Shown here piece after piece: positions 38,553 through 48,660 of a stretch of 64,000 bases of DNA. Within the stretch, counting starts at the first letter, position 1, and each line of letters begins with the position of its first letter. The stretch covers positions 142,090 through 206,089 of IMG/VR virus record IMGVR_UViG_3300043411_001777. One strand, given 5' to 3'. Made by a program: the position numbers and the translations under genes. The notes beneath the pieces are model-generated. The model did no database searches, was not told the origin of the DNA, and saw nothing but the letters and a program-made list of their open reading frames with translations.

Positions 38553-40883
38553 TTACTTTTCAACCGTGAAATACGCCGAGGAAGCAAAGACGGAAACGAG
38601 CCCGCCATCAGGAACCTCGAAAAAGGTCCCCTCCTTCTCCTCTTTCGAGAGCGCCAAGGCCGGATACTTCTGAGCCAATTCCTCAGCATTCATCACTGCT
38701 ACCCCATCCGGAACCAGCCCCGTTGCCCCAACCTGGAAAACAAGATCCCTAAACCCGGCGTAACAAGAATCGATCCAATTACCGATCTGGCGAAGCTCCT
38801 CATTAAGAGCGAGGACCCGATCGTCAGCGGACATAGCCTTTAGCGCCACGTATTCCTTGTCGAAAAAGGATGCGAATTCCTTATCCATGATGTCGTCCGC
38901 AGCATTAGGCTTGCCCTTCTTAGGAGGCCCCTTTTCTACCGAAACATCAGCATCCCAAATACCGTCCAACGTCGCCTTAACGGGCCCGCCACCCCGCTTC
39001 ATTACATAGCGAGCATCGAAGAAGGCATTACCCGACTTCATCTTGGATGCAGCCGTAAGCTCAACAGTACCCACCACAACCTCAAAAGAGGTACGGGCGT
39101 CCACCTCACCATTAGCGATCGCGTCCTCCAACTTAACGTAAGTATTAGTCGTCGGGAACGAAACGTAAAGGGAGGGGCTCAAGTAATGAGCCTTCAGCTC
39201 GGCAATCTGCTCCGCCGTGTATTCCGTGGACGAACCCTTCAAGGTCGCCTTCAAGAGCTTTTGACGAGCGGTCATCCTGAACAGCTCACGAACATCGTTA
39301 CCAGATGGGAGCTGGGCTGCCTTATCACCCACCACAGGGAATTCAGACAGCGCGATCTTTACGGGCGCGTTCGGGTCAAACCCATCCACAGGCACGAACC
39401 CAGCCTTCGCTAGACAGGCCCAGGCTCGCTTGTTAGACACCTTCACCATTAGGTGAGAAGCATTGACCGCACCATCACCCACAATCGTGTAGGCGCGGAA
39501 ATCCGACAGCTTTAGAGGGATGCCCGCAACCTCATGGATGGGCTTGCCGGTCTTCCGGTTCACCAGCTCAATCGCTTGAGCGATTGTGATGTTTGCCGTC
39601 GGGCTACTGCGGTTCACATCTACAGACGTGACCGACACCCACTCATCAGTCCCAACGGGCTCCGTTTTGAGCGTGGGCTCTTCCAAAGAACCGTCCTCTT
39701 TCCGGATACCCGCAACCCGCTTTAACCCACGACGCTTATAGATAGACTGCAAGTCGGGCAGGTTAATCCGGATGGAATCCTTGTTAGCTTCCAAGATATC
39801 CAGGAAGTCCAACACAGAGGACCCGCCGAACCCAGGAACCCCATAATTACACACCTCGTCGAGAACCGTGTTGAAGACACGGAACTCGCAAGCCTCAGCA
39901 AAGGCCGCCAAATCTGGGTTGGTCAACGCCCGATAATTGTCCAGGGTGAACTTCTTATTCCGAGTCGAACACAGGGCAAACTTAGCCTGATTGATCAGGC
40001 CTTCCGACAAGGAAGCCTTAATGAAGGCACATAGCGCCTTCATATCGATATCCTGAGCGTCGGAAGTTGTTCCCGTCACCTTATAGAAGCGCAGGATTCG
40101 AGCCCCTTCTGGGCTGGCACCCCTAACGGTCAGGGCATTACGGCTTCCAAGAATCTTCTTATCCGCATTTGACACATACACCACAAAATCGGCACCCTCA
40201 GTAGGGATTTCGATTGTGGGTACAGTCTTACCTGCCAACTGACTAAACCCAGCGTGCAAGCCCTCGTATACCTGCTTCGCATTTTTGGCCCGAATCGTCG
40301 ACCCACTCAGCTTGTTACTGATGCTCGCGAGGAACTGAAAATCACAGTAGTCACTGTAACCTATGGTATTGACGAATACTCCGGGGTGCTTTTGGAGAGC
40401 CTGGACGTATAGATCCACGTCCCTACGCTCTGTCGTAGGGGAATAGTCGTTAGCATAACCATCCGTGTGGAGAGAAATGCACGTCAGCTCACCCTCCCGA
40501 ACAAGAGATTCCGCAAGCTTTAGGCTCTGCGAGATACAGGTCATTGCCGTTGCACGAATGCTACGAAGTTCCTTTAGGAAGGAACTGCCCGCCTGCACAA
40601 TTTCGGCTACGGGAACACGGGAGAAATGAAGCTTGACGTCCCCATGAGACGAATAGGAAATGAGGGAGACTAGCATTTCCGGCGTGTGGAATTCTTCCAA
40701 CGTCAGGAGCTTTTCGATCATAACCTTTGCATCATCGATAGAGCCATACATCGAACCAGAACGGTCGATATCGATGATATGGTGGCCGGGTTGAGCCGTT
40801 GCCTGGAGCTGTGGGACAGGCGACTCCACCGCCTGCCAAAAAGAATGGATCTGCCCATCGTACTTCCGAAGTGTAAACTGCAT
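38553..40883 (-). CDS. von Willebrand factor A domain protein (776 aa)
   Basis: MIDAS motifs DRSGS, T, TDG. Confidence 0.8.
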   Translation of the reverse strand: MQFTLRKYDGQIHSFWQAVESPVPQLQATAQPGHHIIDIDRSGSMYGSIDDAKVMIEKLLTLEEFHTPEMLVSLISYSSHGDVKLHFSRVPVAEIVQAGSSFLKELRSIRATAMTCISQSLKLAESLVREGELTCISLHTDGYANDYSPTTERRDVDLYVQALQKHPGVFVNTIGYSDYCDFQFLASISNKLSGSTIRAKNAKQVYEGLHAGFSQLAGKTVPTIEIPTEGADFVVYVSNADKKILGSRNALTVRGASPEGARILRFYKVTGTTSDAQDIDMKALCAFIKASLSEGLINQAKFALCSTRNKKFTLDNYRALTNPDLAAFAEACEFRVFNTVLDEVCNYGVPGFGGSSVLDFLDILEANKDSIRINLPDLQSIYKRRGLKRVAGIRKEDGSLEEPTLKTEPVGTDEWVSVTSVDVNRSSPTANITIAQAIELVNRKTGKPIHEVAGIPLKLSDFRAYTIVGDGAVNASHLMVKVSNKRAWACLAKAGFVPVDGFDPNAPVKIALSEFPVVGDKAAQLPSGNDVRELFRMTARQKLLKATLKGSSTEYTAEQIAELKAHYLSPSLYVSFPTTNTYVKLEDAIANGEVDARTSFEVVVGTVELTAASKMKSGNAFFDARYVMKRGGGPVKATLDGIWDADVSVEKGPPKKGKPNAADDIMDKEFASFFDKEYVALKAMSADDRVLALNEELRQIGNWIDSCYAGFRDLVFQVGATGLVPDGVAVMNAEELAQKYPALALSKEEKEGTFFEVPDGGLVSVFASSAYFTVEK

Positions 40884-40983
40884 ATTGGTGCCTTGTAAGT
40901 TGAGTTATGTCCTTAAGTGGACTTTCAACTTTACCGGACACCCACCACAATCGCACTCAGAACGTTGGTTTTTCAGAGCCACC

Positions 40984-41876
40984 TCAAATGTAAGACCGCG
41001 GAGAAAGTACCCCACGACCCAATCTTGGGCCCATCGCGCTCGTTAATCCGATTCCAAACCGAGGTTGTGAGAGACCCTTAATGTACTTGACGGTCTCTTT
41101 CTTCGTCTCTTTAGCTGATTCCATTCGGCCGTTTGCCAGCTCAGCCAAAGATTGGAATTTGTCTGCCTTAGAGATGTCAAGGCTAACCCCTCCAATACTG
41201 TACGAAAATTCGTCCTGGACCCAATTTACAGCCAAAGCAAACATGGCCCAATGAACAGCGCTCCAAAAGACGGGTGTACGCCACGCAGCTTGCTGTTGAA
41301 CCAATTGGTCAAGTCCGGGGATAAAAGTCCTCGGAGCCTCCATATTCCACCAATCTAAGCCCATCCGCAGGTACAGCTCTAACTCGTAATCCTCCCAGAC
41401 ACGACCGAAAATGCGGTTGTAGCTGCCGATCCTAGCCTCGTGCTCGGGAGGTCTGAAATGATAAAACTGATCAGGCGCCTGGTCCCGAATTAGGATCCTC
41501 AAATCCCTTATAAGTTGAGTAGTTGCAGCGCTATAGCCAACCGTGGATAGCTGCCCCTCTCCAACAACGGTGAATTCCTGAGCCACCAATTGAACCGTGG
41601 ACCCGGCATTCTGTTTGAACGTCCACTTAATCCGATATGTCCCTGATTGGGCGGTAGAAGGCACATGGAAATGCGCGTAGTATTCTCCAACGATTGGATT
41701 TTCCGGAGTCCGAGTTGCGGACCCAATCAACACTTCTGCCTCAGGGGGCCCTACATCCACGAGATAGATCGCATAGGTTATCTCATAAGCGTTTGTGGGG
41801 TTGTCATCGGAATCCTCCAAAAAGATGGTGAGGTCTCCGCGTTCCGTGGTGTCTCCTGGTTCAAACGAGCTGGCCA
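40984..41876 (-). CDS. Head-tail adaptor/neck protein with N-terminal Ig-like domain
   Basis: Beta-sandwich N-terminus (GEYYAHF...GTYRIKW), helical C-terminus with FSYSIGGVSL; ATG 41876 behind AGGGGG. Confidence 0.55.
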
Positions 41877-41891
41877 TTCTTCCCCCTAAAC

Positions 41892-41928
41892 GGAAAAGGC
41901 TTTGTTGGTTCAAAACAAAGCCTTTTCC
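41892..41928 (-). terminator. 15-bp hairpin after the paralogue trio
   Basis: GGAAAAGGCTTTGTT/AACAAAGCCTTTTCC followed by GTTT. Confidence 0.65.
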
Positions 41929-41952
41929 AGCAATTCCTTATGTCAGTCGGTC

Positions 41953-42852
41953 TTAGATTTCGTTACCGAGATAATCGTATACTACCAGCACTTCATGGGC
42001 TCCCGTAGCTGGGAGCGCATTACCTGCCAAGTCCGTAGCACGGGGCCGTAGGGAGGTAACCTCACCAGCCGCATATGCGAAATTCGGATTCTTGAAGGTC
42101 ATGGACCCCTTCATCACAGAAAGATCCCCAACCGCAGCCGACGCATTCAACGAGGTGTTGCGGTAAAAGCGGGGAATGTTTCGGAACCCGGACTCATCCA
42201 CCGCTATGAAGCGGCCTGCTTCATAGTAGGTTGAAGTTGCGTTATCGACGGCCGTAGCCCGTTCCGCAGCCGTACGGAACGTCCCACCGTTTGTTGCAAT
42301 GATGGTGTTCTTGGCGACGATATAAACTTCACCAGAAAGGATGCGTAGGATTTCTTCTACGGTCCCAAAAGAGTCTCCCTCAGCAAGGCCGGAAGAAGCT
42401 ACAACACCAGCGAGCGCGGCATCGATAGCAGCTTCAGTTAGCGGGGTTCCCGCCTCAACAAGCGCAAGGATAGCTTCCGCCATATCCAGAGCTTGTGCTG
42501 GGGTGCATACAGCACCCGCTGCGCCAGCGTCAATACGCTCCCGTAGGTACGCGACCAACCCGTAATCAGCACGGGTCGTGACGTCACTGTCCGCACCGCC
42601 ACCATCAGTATCAGCATCCGCCAATACGACTAGCGTCCGGGTCATCCGGCTTCCCGAAACATAGGCCACCCCAGTGCTATCGAGCACCGTAGCACCAAGT
42701 TGGTCAGCGCCTTGTGGCAGGTATCCGGACTGACCGACGGGGTCGATCGAAGAATTACGCTGTGAGGTGTTGGGCTGAAGATCCTTCAAATGGATATTCA
42801 TTCCCACCACATCATTCCGGCGTGGAACAATGTAGGCCCGTAGAACTGACAT
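41953..42852 (-). CDS. Virion structural protein, paralogue 1 of 3
   Basis: Shares DL-x-PN-x-SQ, GL-x-AYL, IL-x-G-x-x-Y and VY-x-x-x-G motifs with neighbours. Confidence 0.7.
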   Translation of the reverse strand: MSVLRAYIVPRRNDVVGMNIHLKDLQPNTSQRNSSIDPVGQSGYLPQGADQLGATVLDSTGVAYVSGSRMTRTLVVLADADTDGGGADSDVTTRADYGLVAYLRERIDAGAAGAVCTPAQALDMAEAILALVEAGTPLTEAAIDAALAGVVASSGLAEGDSFGTVEEILRILSGEVYIVAKNTIIATNGGTFRTAAERATAVDNATSTYYEAGRFIAVDESGFRNIPRFYRNTSLNASAAVGDLSVMKGSMTFKNPNFAYAAGEVTSLRPRATDLAGNALPATGAHEVLVVYDYLGNEI

Positions 42853-43745
42853 TAGACACCTCCAATGACATTGCCGTCATCATCGTAAACAACAACACCG
42901 CGCGCAATTCCTGTAGCAGGGATATGCCCTCCCCCAATATCAAGAGCGGTTCCAGCAGCACCATAGGTGAAACCTTCATTGATCCAGGCGAAGCCATCAT
43001 CAACAAGGTGGCTTAGCTGCCCCTCTGCAACGGACATATGCAGCTCACCACAATCGATAATCGTCCGCAACTTACGGAAAGTAACATCCTGGGTTCCGGA
43101 CTGTGTTGCCGCAGGAATGCTGACAATGCTAGTCTTATTGTACTTGAACCCGCCAGCAATGGACTTAGTCAAGTTCGGCGCTGTTACGAAAAAGCCGACG
43201 GGTGTATGAGTTGCGCCAGTGCCGGGGAAGGCCCCGCCAGCCCCGGAAACTGCCGAACTTGCAGGAAGCTTGTACACTTCACCACGAAGAATTCGCAGAA
43301 CGCCAGCAACCGAACCCGTGGACTCGGAGTTAGCCACCGTGCCGTCAAGGTCCGAGTTGGAGACACCCGCAAACGCATTGATTGCGGTGTTGATGTCGCT
43401 AAGCGTGAGGGGGTTGCCCGCAGCAACCTCATCCAAGATGAGGGCGGCAATTCCATTTGCCATAGTCGCGGTTAGCGTATCATTTGCACCGGCCCCGACC
43501 ATCTCGACATTATCGATCAAGTAAGCGGCGAGGCCGTAGTAGTCCGCATTGGTCTCCAATGCGCCACCACCGGCATCTGTAGTCGCTACTGTGTCATTCT
43601 GAACATAGTGCGACAGATACCCTGTCTGAGGGACAGGAGAGTATGCTGGAATACACTGACTGGAGTTAGGCACCAGATCAGTAATTTGGAGGTCATTTGC
43701 ATCCAAATCATTTCTAGCAAGGACGATATAGGCAAGATCCGCCAT
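42852..43745 (-). CDS. Virion structural protein, paralogue 2 of 3
   Basis: Same shared motifs. Confidence 0.7.
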   Translation of the reverse strand: MADLAYIVLARNDLDANDLQITDLVPNSSQCIPAYSPVPQTGYLSHYVQNDTVATTDAGGGALETNADYYGLAAYLIDNVEMVGAGANDTLTATMANGIAALILDEVAAGNPLTLSDINTAINAFAGVSNSDLDGTVANSESTGSVAGVLRILRGEVYKLPASSAVSGAGGAFPGTGATHTPVGFFVTAPNLTKSIAGGFKYNKTSIVSIPAATQSGTQDVTFRKLRTIIDCGELHMSVAEGQLSHLVDDGFAWINEGFTYGAAGTALDIGGGHIPATGIARGVVVYDDDGNVIGGV

Positions 43746-43756
43746 GGAAATTCTCC

Positions 43757-44935
43757 TTATGCGATGAGGGTGCCGTCATCCGCATAGACGGTGACAAGCC
43801 GTTGGCTGGCCAAATTGACACCAGAAACAGTCAAAGCCTTCTGATACTGGCTAGGAATGAAATTCTGTACGTCACTATCGGGGAAGAGGGTCACGCCCGC
43901 AGTGAACCGTGCTAGATACCCAGCGCTCAGGCTCATTTGAAATGAAGTGCCATCCACAGTGCCGCGGATCGGCTTGCGCTCAACGGACTCGGTATCACCA
44001 GTAGCGAGCAACGGCCGAATCTCACCCTGAACCATCTGGCTGTCCCAAACAGTGCGGGTACGGGTAAAGGAACCCTGAACCACCGTGTTAAAAATGGTTA
44101 GAGGAAGGTCGGCCGCAACCAAAACTTGGCTGCCCTTGGGGAGGAAGTATTCCCGACCTGCAAGGATCGAAAGGATGTCTGCAACCGTTGCTGTAGATCC
44201 ACCACCAGTTAGACTGGTCCCGGCCACCACCGCTGCAAGAACAGTGTTGATATTCGAGGCCGCGAGGGCCTGGCCCGCGTCTACACGCGCAATCAGAGCC
44301 GCAGCAGCTTCGGCAAGGTCCGCAGCAGACCAGGCCATTGTTGCCTTTGTCAGGACTGCACTAGAAACCGCCAAACGGGTTCCGTTGGACGAAACCACCG
44401 TACCCTCTGTGAGGTACGTATTGTCCGAGCCACCCGCCGTGAGGGTAACCACCGCCAGGGTACCACCACCGTTAGTTGCAGTAATAGTCCGACCACCGCC
44501 AAGGGCCGCTGTGATTAGTGCCTGAGTTGCAGCGTGCTGCACCGCAGCAACAAAAGAGGTTGCGTCCTGGATGTCTGTCCCGTTCTGAGCAAACACCTGA
44601 TTTGGTAGGTCAGCCGCACCAGCCGCAGTGATTTCAACCCCGGCAATTGTTACCGTATCAGCAACGGATACGTTGGCGAGGGTGACCGTTGCAGTAGGAG
44701 CAACCGTTCCAGCGGGAACAACATTGTCTAGCAAATACGCCTGTAGGCCTCGCGCGTCAGCGACCGTCTTACCCGTTGTGGCACTGTAGCGGACGTTGTT
44801 GTTCTGAGCGCGGTTTACATACCGGTTCTGTGGGGGTGGATCAATAGACCCATTCCGCTGGGAAGCATTGGGGAGCAAGTCCCACAAATGGACAATTCCG
44901 TCGGGAAGATCATGTGCTAGACAAATGTATGGCAT
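43757..44935 (-). CDS. Virion structural protein, paralogue 3 of 3, with inserted shared module
   Basis: Same motifs plus a ~110-aa insert also present in the sheath. Confidence 0.7.
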   Translation of the reverse strand: MPYICLAHDLPDGIVHLWDLLPNASQRNGSIDPPPQNRYVNRAQNNNVRYSATTGKTVADARGLQAYLLDNVVPAGTVAPTATVTLANVSVADTVTIAGVEITAAGAADLPNQVFAQNGTDIQDATSFVAAVQHAATQALITAALGGGRTITATNGGGTLAVVTLTAGGSDNTYLTEGTVVSSNGTRLAVSSAVLTKATMAWSAADLAEAAAALIARVDAGQALAASNINTVLAAVVAGTSLTGGGSTATVADILSILAGREYFLPKGSQVLVAADLPLTIFNTVVQGSFTRTRTVWDSQMVQGEIRPLLATGDTESVERKPIRGTVDGTSFQMSLSAGYLARFTAGVTLFPDSDVQNFIPSQYQKALTVSGVNLASQRLVTVYADDGTLIA

Positions 44936-44995
44936 ATTCCACTCCTATCAGCTCTCTAACCTAAGAGAAAGCTATAAACCGAAAAGCGCAGGTTT

Positions 44996-46147
44996 TTACT
45001 GCGAAGTCGAAGAATCGAGATTCGCCTGTACCGAAAATGACATTGGGGAAGCCCCCGCCGCAGCCAACACGATTTCCTTGAACCTCCCAAGAATTTCGAC
45101 GGTCTCACCTTGACCAATAGAGTACATGGGCAAACCCAACCCTAAGGAATACAAAAGGGTGCCAGACGTTTCGTTGTTCCGGATAAAGCCTTCTCGGCTT
45201 CCTCGTGGAAGAACAATATGAAGCGGGGGTGGGGTAGCAGAGGTCAAATCATACGCCGGGTAATTTCCTGAAGAACATCCCGTATTGGCGGGAGCCGTTC
45301 CGCCAAACGTATACGACGCCTCCGGCATCGTGAAAAAGTGCGCTGGAGGAACTACGTGAACCGGGCCCCAAATCGGGACACCTGTATTGACAGTGCCACC
45401 AACCGTTCTGGGAGACGTTAACACTTCCTGGAGACGGTAAAAGGCCATCTGGTCGTCGAACGGGACGTTACGGACAAAATCCAAGGTTCCACTAGAAACC
45501 GCTAACCGAACTCCGTTAGAGCTGACCACAGTTACGGCGTCGTAAGCCGCAGCCGTTGACCCTGCATAGAGAGTCACAACAGCCCCATCAGCAACAGCAG
45601 TAACGACCAAACCGCCGCCAATAGCCGCAGTGATTAACGCCTGACTTGCGGCGTGGTTAATAGCAGCAGCAAGGGATGTGGCATCTGCCGTATCCGTACC
45701 CCCCTGTGAGAAAATCTGATTCGGTAAGTCAGCAACACCCGCGGCTACAAAGTCAACCCCCTGAATGGTTACCGTGTCAGCGACGTTAACCGAAGCCAAC
45801 GTTACACTAGCTTTTGCCACAGAGCTGTTGTTTCCAATGAAATCTTCTACGTTGAACAGTGCCCGTGCTAAGCCCTTATTTCCCTCTCCGTATAGACCAA
45901 GCTTACGGTTGATGAAAGTCCTGCTCCGATAGTAACCGGACTTCGCCACCTGAAAAAGCTTAGTCGGGGTTCCAGTGCCCACTCCCGAAGTGATGAAATT
46001 GCCGTAGGCTTGATTGCAAGAATTAGCCACATACACATTCCAAGCCCTAACATTGGCTGGCTGTGCCTTGATGGTAATATCCAACCAATTGTTTTTACGG
46101 TCAATTAGACTGAACCCTTTCCCTATCGGCCCCCAATTATCATTCAT
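44996..46147 (-). CDS. Virion structural protein with inserted shared module
   Basis: Contains ASVTLASVNVADTVTIQGV...SSNGVRLAVSS. Confidence 0.65.
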   Translation of the reverse strand: MNDNWGPIGKGFSLIDRKNNWLDITIKAQPANVRAWNVYVANSCNQAYGNFITSGVGTGTPTKLFQVAKSGYYRSRTFINRKLGLYGEGNKGLARALFNVEDFIGNNSSVAKASVTLASVNVADTVTIQGVDFVAAGVADLPNQIFSQGGTDTADATSLAAAINHAASQALITAAIGGGLVVTAVADGAVVTLYAGSTAAAYDAVTVVSSNGVRLAVSSGTLDFVRNVPFDDQMAFYRLQEVLTSPRTVGGTVNTGVPIWGPVHVVPPAHFFTMPEASYTFGGTAPANTGCSSGNYPAYDLTSATPPPLHIVLPRGSREGFIRNNETSGTLLYSLGLGLPMYSIGQGETVEILGRFKEIVLAAAGASPMSFSVQANLDSSTSQ

Positions 46148-46515
46148 TTGGCACTCTCTTTCGCAACAAAGCGATCATAGCTGCTAGTGTCTTTCCCCTT
46201 GGAAGCAGCGAGAGACTTAGCCTCTCGCCAAGAATCCACACGCTCCCCGTCAACGTTAGGGGCAAGAGAAACTTGCCCCCCATACCGTTCTTTCTGGCGG
46301 GTTTCCAGAACCCTATTCTTTTCTTCCATTTGCCGTTTGATAGTCAAATTCTTGCCGAACCAACCATCCCCCCTCAAGACAAAGGCTACTTCTGTCGCTA
46401 TTTTCGGAGACTCCGAAGAACAGCTAGGGCAGAATTGGGCCTCATCTCTCTTGGAAATAGGCAAGGTACGGGAGAATTTCTCTCCACACGGACATGCATA
46501 ATCAAAAGCCGGCAT
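46144..46515 (-). CDS. FmdB-family zinc-ribbon protein
   Basis: MPAFDYACPCG...CPSC...FVLRGDGWF. Confidence 0.75.
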   Translation of the reverse strand: MPAFDYACPCGEKFSRTLPISKRDEAQFCPSCSSESPKIATEVAFVLRGDGWFGKNLTIKRQMEEKNRVLETRQKERYGGQVSLAPNVDGERVDSWREAKSLAASKGKDTSSYDRFVAKESAK

Positions 46516-47821
46516 ATTTCCTCATGTAAGCAGCCGCAACCTTATTCACGGAGCGGATTTTACTGTACCGGTCAATTAGGACGTTAAGAGCTGCCACCGT
46601 ATGCTTACAGGCACCGTTTCTATGCTCCGGATCTCGGATAATCGGAAAAGACGCCGTACCCTGCAACGGGCCGTACTGATAATCCTCCGTTGTCCCCCAA
46701 TGCTCAGGACCCTGCCACCGCCAAAAGGGGCATGAACAACTGAGATCCACCTCAGCATCCTGAATTTGGGCAATCTTGTTCGGCATCTTAACCCGAACTC
46801 GATAGTTGTCACCTTTGGAGCCCGTGACATTAAACAGCCAAACGCCGTTTTTACGATCTACGCGAGCAACTCTCACCCCAAGCTTAGAAGCCTTGTCAAG
46901 GATTGCCTTTTGGCAATTGGACAGTACGGAACCTACCGAGCTAGCAAACCGAAACTTAACCTCAGGAACCTTCCCCGGGACCGCCTTAAAGGCTTGAGTA
47001 CGAAGGGCACGCCATTCTGGAACGGTGAGGGGGTAGCCATTCTCAGAGAACCAATCTGCCACCTTAGCATCCCCAACCGACCCATCGCGATACCTCTTCC
47101 AAAGCGGGCTCCGGATGAGGGCTGTAAACAAGTCCGCTAATTGGCGAGGCAGGCTGCTTAGCCAATTAGAGCGGCGATCTTTCCAGCGTTCGATATGAAT
47201 CATTGGGAATTCCCTATTTTGGTACATGGGATCCGCAACCCCATCATCGCCCCCGTATGGGGTTGCACGGTCGATTTTCTCCAGCCCCTTCTGAACTACT
47301 CGATAGAACAACTCCGCCTGCTTACGCCGATCGTCCTTGGAGCGCTCTTTATTGGTGGAGTACCCCCCCGCTGGGAGCCGGTCAAACTTCTCTGGGCGGT
47401 CCCTTCGCAATTGCTGGTCCCTCTTAAAGGTGCCTCGGTTTTTTTTGCGGTCATACCATTTGTCAGACCGACGCTTGACCTTGTTCTTGTTCTTCCGGTA
47501 ATTCTTCTCGTGGTATCTCTTAGCCGGCCCGCGCTGTTCCCGCTGCCTATCCCCATAGGACGGGATTCTAGGCTTATCCGCAGTAGCCTCTACCGACTTA
47601 TGTGTGGGAGGGCTCCACCTATTATTAGGGGCGTCTGTAGGTCGGGGCATTCGAGACGCTGGGTCCGATGGATCGTTAAAGCGAACCCGACCCCCCCATA
47701 GTTGGGGCTGGACATCCGGAGTTTCCCCACCGGGCTTAGGGCTGTTCAGGTCCTTATCTGCCTGATTTAGGGTATCCGGATCCGATTGATACGACACCCA
47801 TCCTGGTTGGTTAGTAATCAT
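46502..47821 (-). CDS. Multi-segment protein with very basic region and SWIM zinc finger
   Basis: YRVRV...SCSCP...CKH; C-terminal KVAAAYMRKYA. Confidence 0.7.
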   Translation of the reverse strand: MITNQPGWVSYQSDPDTLNQADKDLNSPKPGGETPDVQPQLWGGRVRFNDPSDPASRMPRPTDAPNNRWSPPTHKSVEATADKPRIPSYGDRQREQRGPAKRYHEKNYRKNKNKVKRRSDKWYDRKKNRGTFKRDQQLRRDRPEKFDRLPAGGYSTNKERSKDDRRKQAELFYRVVQKGLEKIDRATPYGGDDGVADPMYQNREFPMIHIERWKDRRSNWLSSLPRQLADLFTALIRSPLWKRYRDGSVGDAKVADWFSENGYPLTVPEWRALRTQAFKAVPGKVPEVKFRFASSVGSVLSNCQKAILDKASKLGVRVARVDRKNGVWLFNVTGSKGDNYRVRVKMPNKIAQIQDAEVDLSCSCPFWRWQGPEHWGTTEDYQYGPLQGTASFPIIRDPEHRNGACKHTVAALNVLIDRYSKIRSVNKVAAAYMRKYAGF

Positions 47822-48660
47822 CCGCGCCGCCTAGAACAGGTCTGAGGGCCTGGATCAACCTCACCTTTCCAATACGTGGTGACCAATCGAACCGATCCAC
47901 GCCCATCCGACCGAAAAACGATCGTCAATCCAATTTTAGGATCCGTCCACTCAACAGCATCCGTCATGAGTTGCTTGGTGAGAAAGTCAAACATCGGGCT
48001 TCTAGTTGACTTTAGGTCACTCAACTTCTTGCTAAAGGACTGCAAGGCCAGTCGGATTTCAGGGACCGTAATGCCGCGTAAATCCATTCTGAACTGCACA
48101 TGCGAGCTTAGGCTCATCTCTCGAAAAAGCCCAGCCCCCCGTTCGCCTTCTATCTTGTAGATACGAGCGGCTTCCTGATTGCCTAAATCGTCACCGTCTT
48201 CTACCTTTTCGATTAGGAATGCTCTTTCTGAAGGTTGGCGAACCTTGTCCTCGATCCGATCAGTAACAAAGCACGTCCCGCCCGGATAACCCAACGGTGG
48301 GCTCAGGTCGGCTTTACGCAAAAAAGACGCCGCAACCTTACTGGCCGAGGGCGTCTCTAATGCCTGCTCTACTACGTTTCGGTCTTCAATCGAAAGACGT
48401 GTCTTGAGTGAGGATTTCCCAGAAAGCACCAAAGCGTAGGAGAGGCGCTCCAAATGGCGCTCCAACTTATCCAACCTCTGAGGCACATCCATAATAAGGT
48501 CTCCAGCAATTTGGTAGACCTTTTCCTTTTCCTCGGAAGCCTCGATCAACTGGGTTACCCTGTTTAAGGCCAACCGCAATCTATGGGCTTCAATGCTGGC
48601 CGCAGAAACCCCTTCCGTTAGGAGTGACCATTCCGCTGGGCTTTCTGCCATTTTCTTCAT
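47818..48660 (-). CDS. Coiled-coil N-terminus plus C-terminal DUF4258/RelE-like (BECR-fold) domain
   Basis: SSHVQFRMDLRGITVPEI...TIVF...VRLVTTYW; internal KVAASFLRKA; probable start ATG 48660. Confidence 0.55.
   Translation of the reverse strand: MKKMAESPAEWSLLTEGVSAASIEAHRLRLALNRVTQLIEASEEKEKVYQIAGDLIMDVPQRLDKLERHLERLSYALVLSGKSSLKTRLSIEDRNVVEQALETPSASKVAASFLRKADLSPPLGYPGGTCFVTDRIEDKVRQPSERAFLIEKVEDGDDLGNQEAARIYKIEGERGAGLFREMSLSSHVQFRMDLRGITVPEIRLALQSFSKKLSDLKSTRSPMFDFLTKQLMTDAVEWTDPKIGLTIVFRSDGRGSVRLVTTYWKGEVDPGPQTCSRRRG

Noticed and set aside
23735-45815. Diversity-generating retroelement explaining the shared module
   Set aside because: Differences are not adenine-specific, all copies are coding and no reverse transcriptase is present
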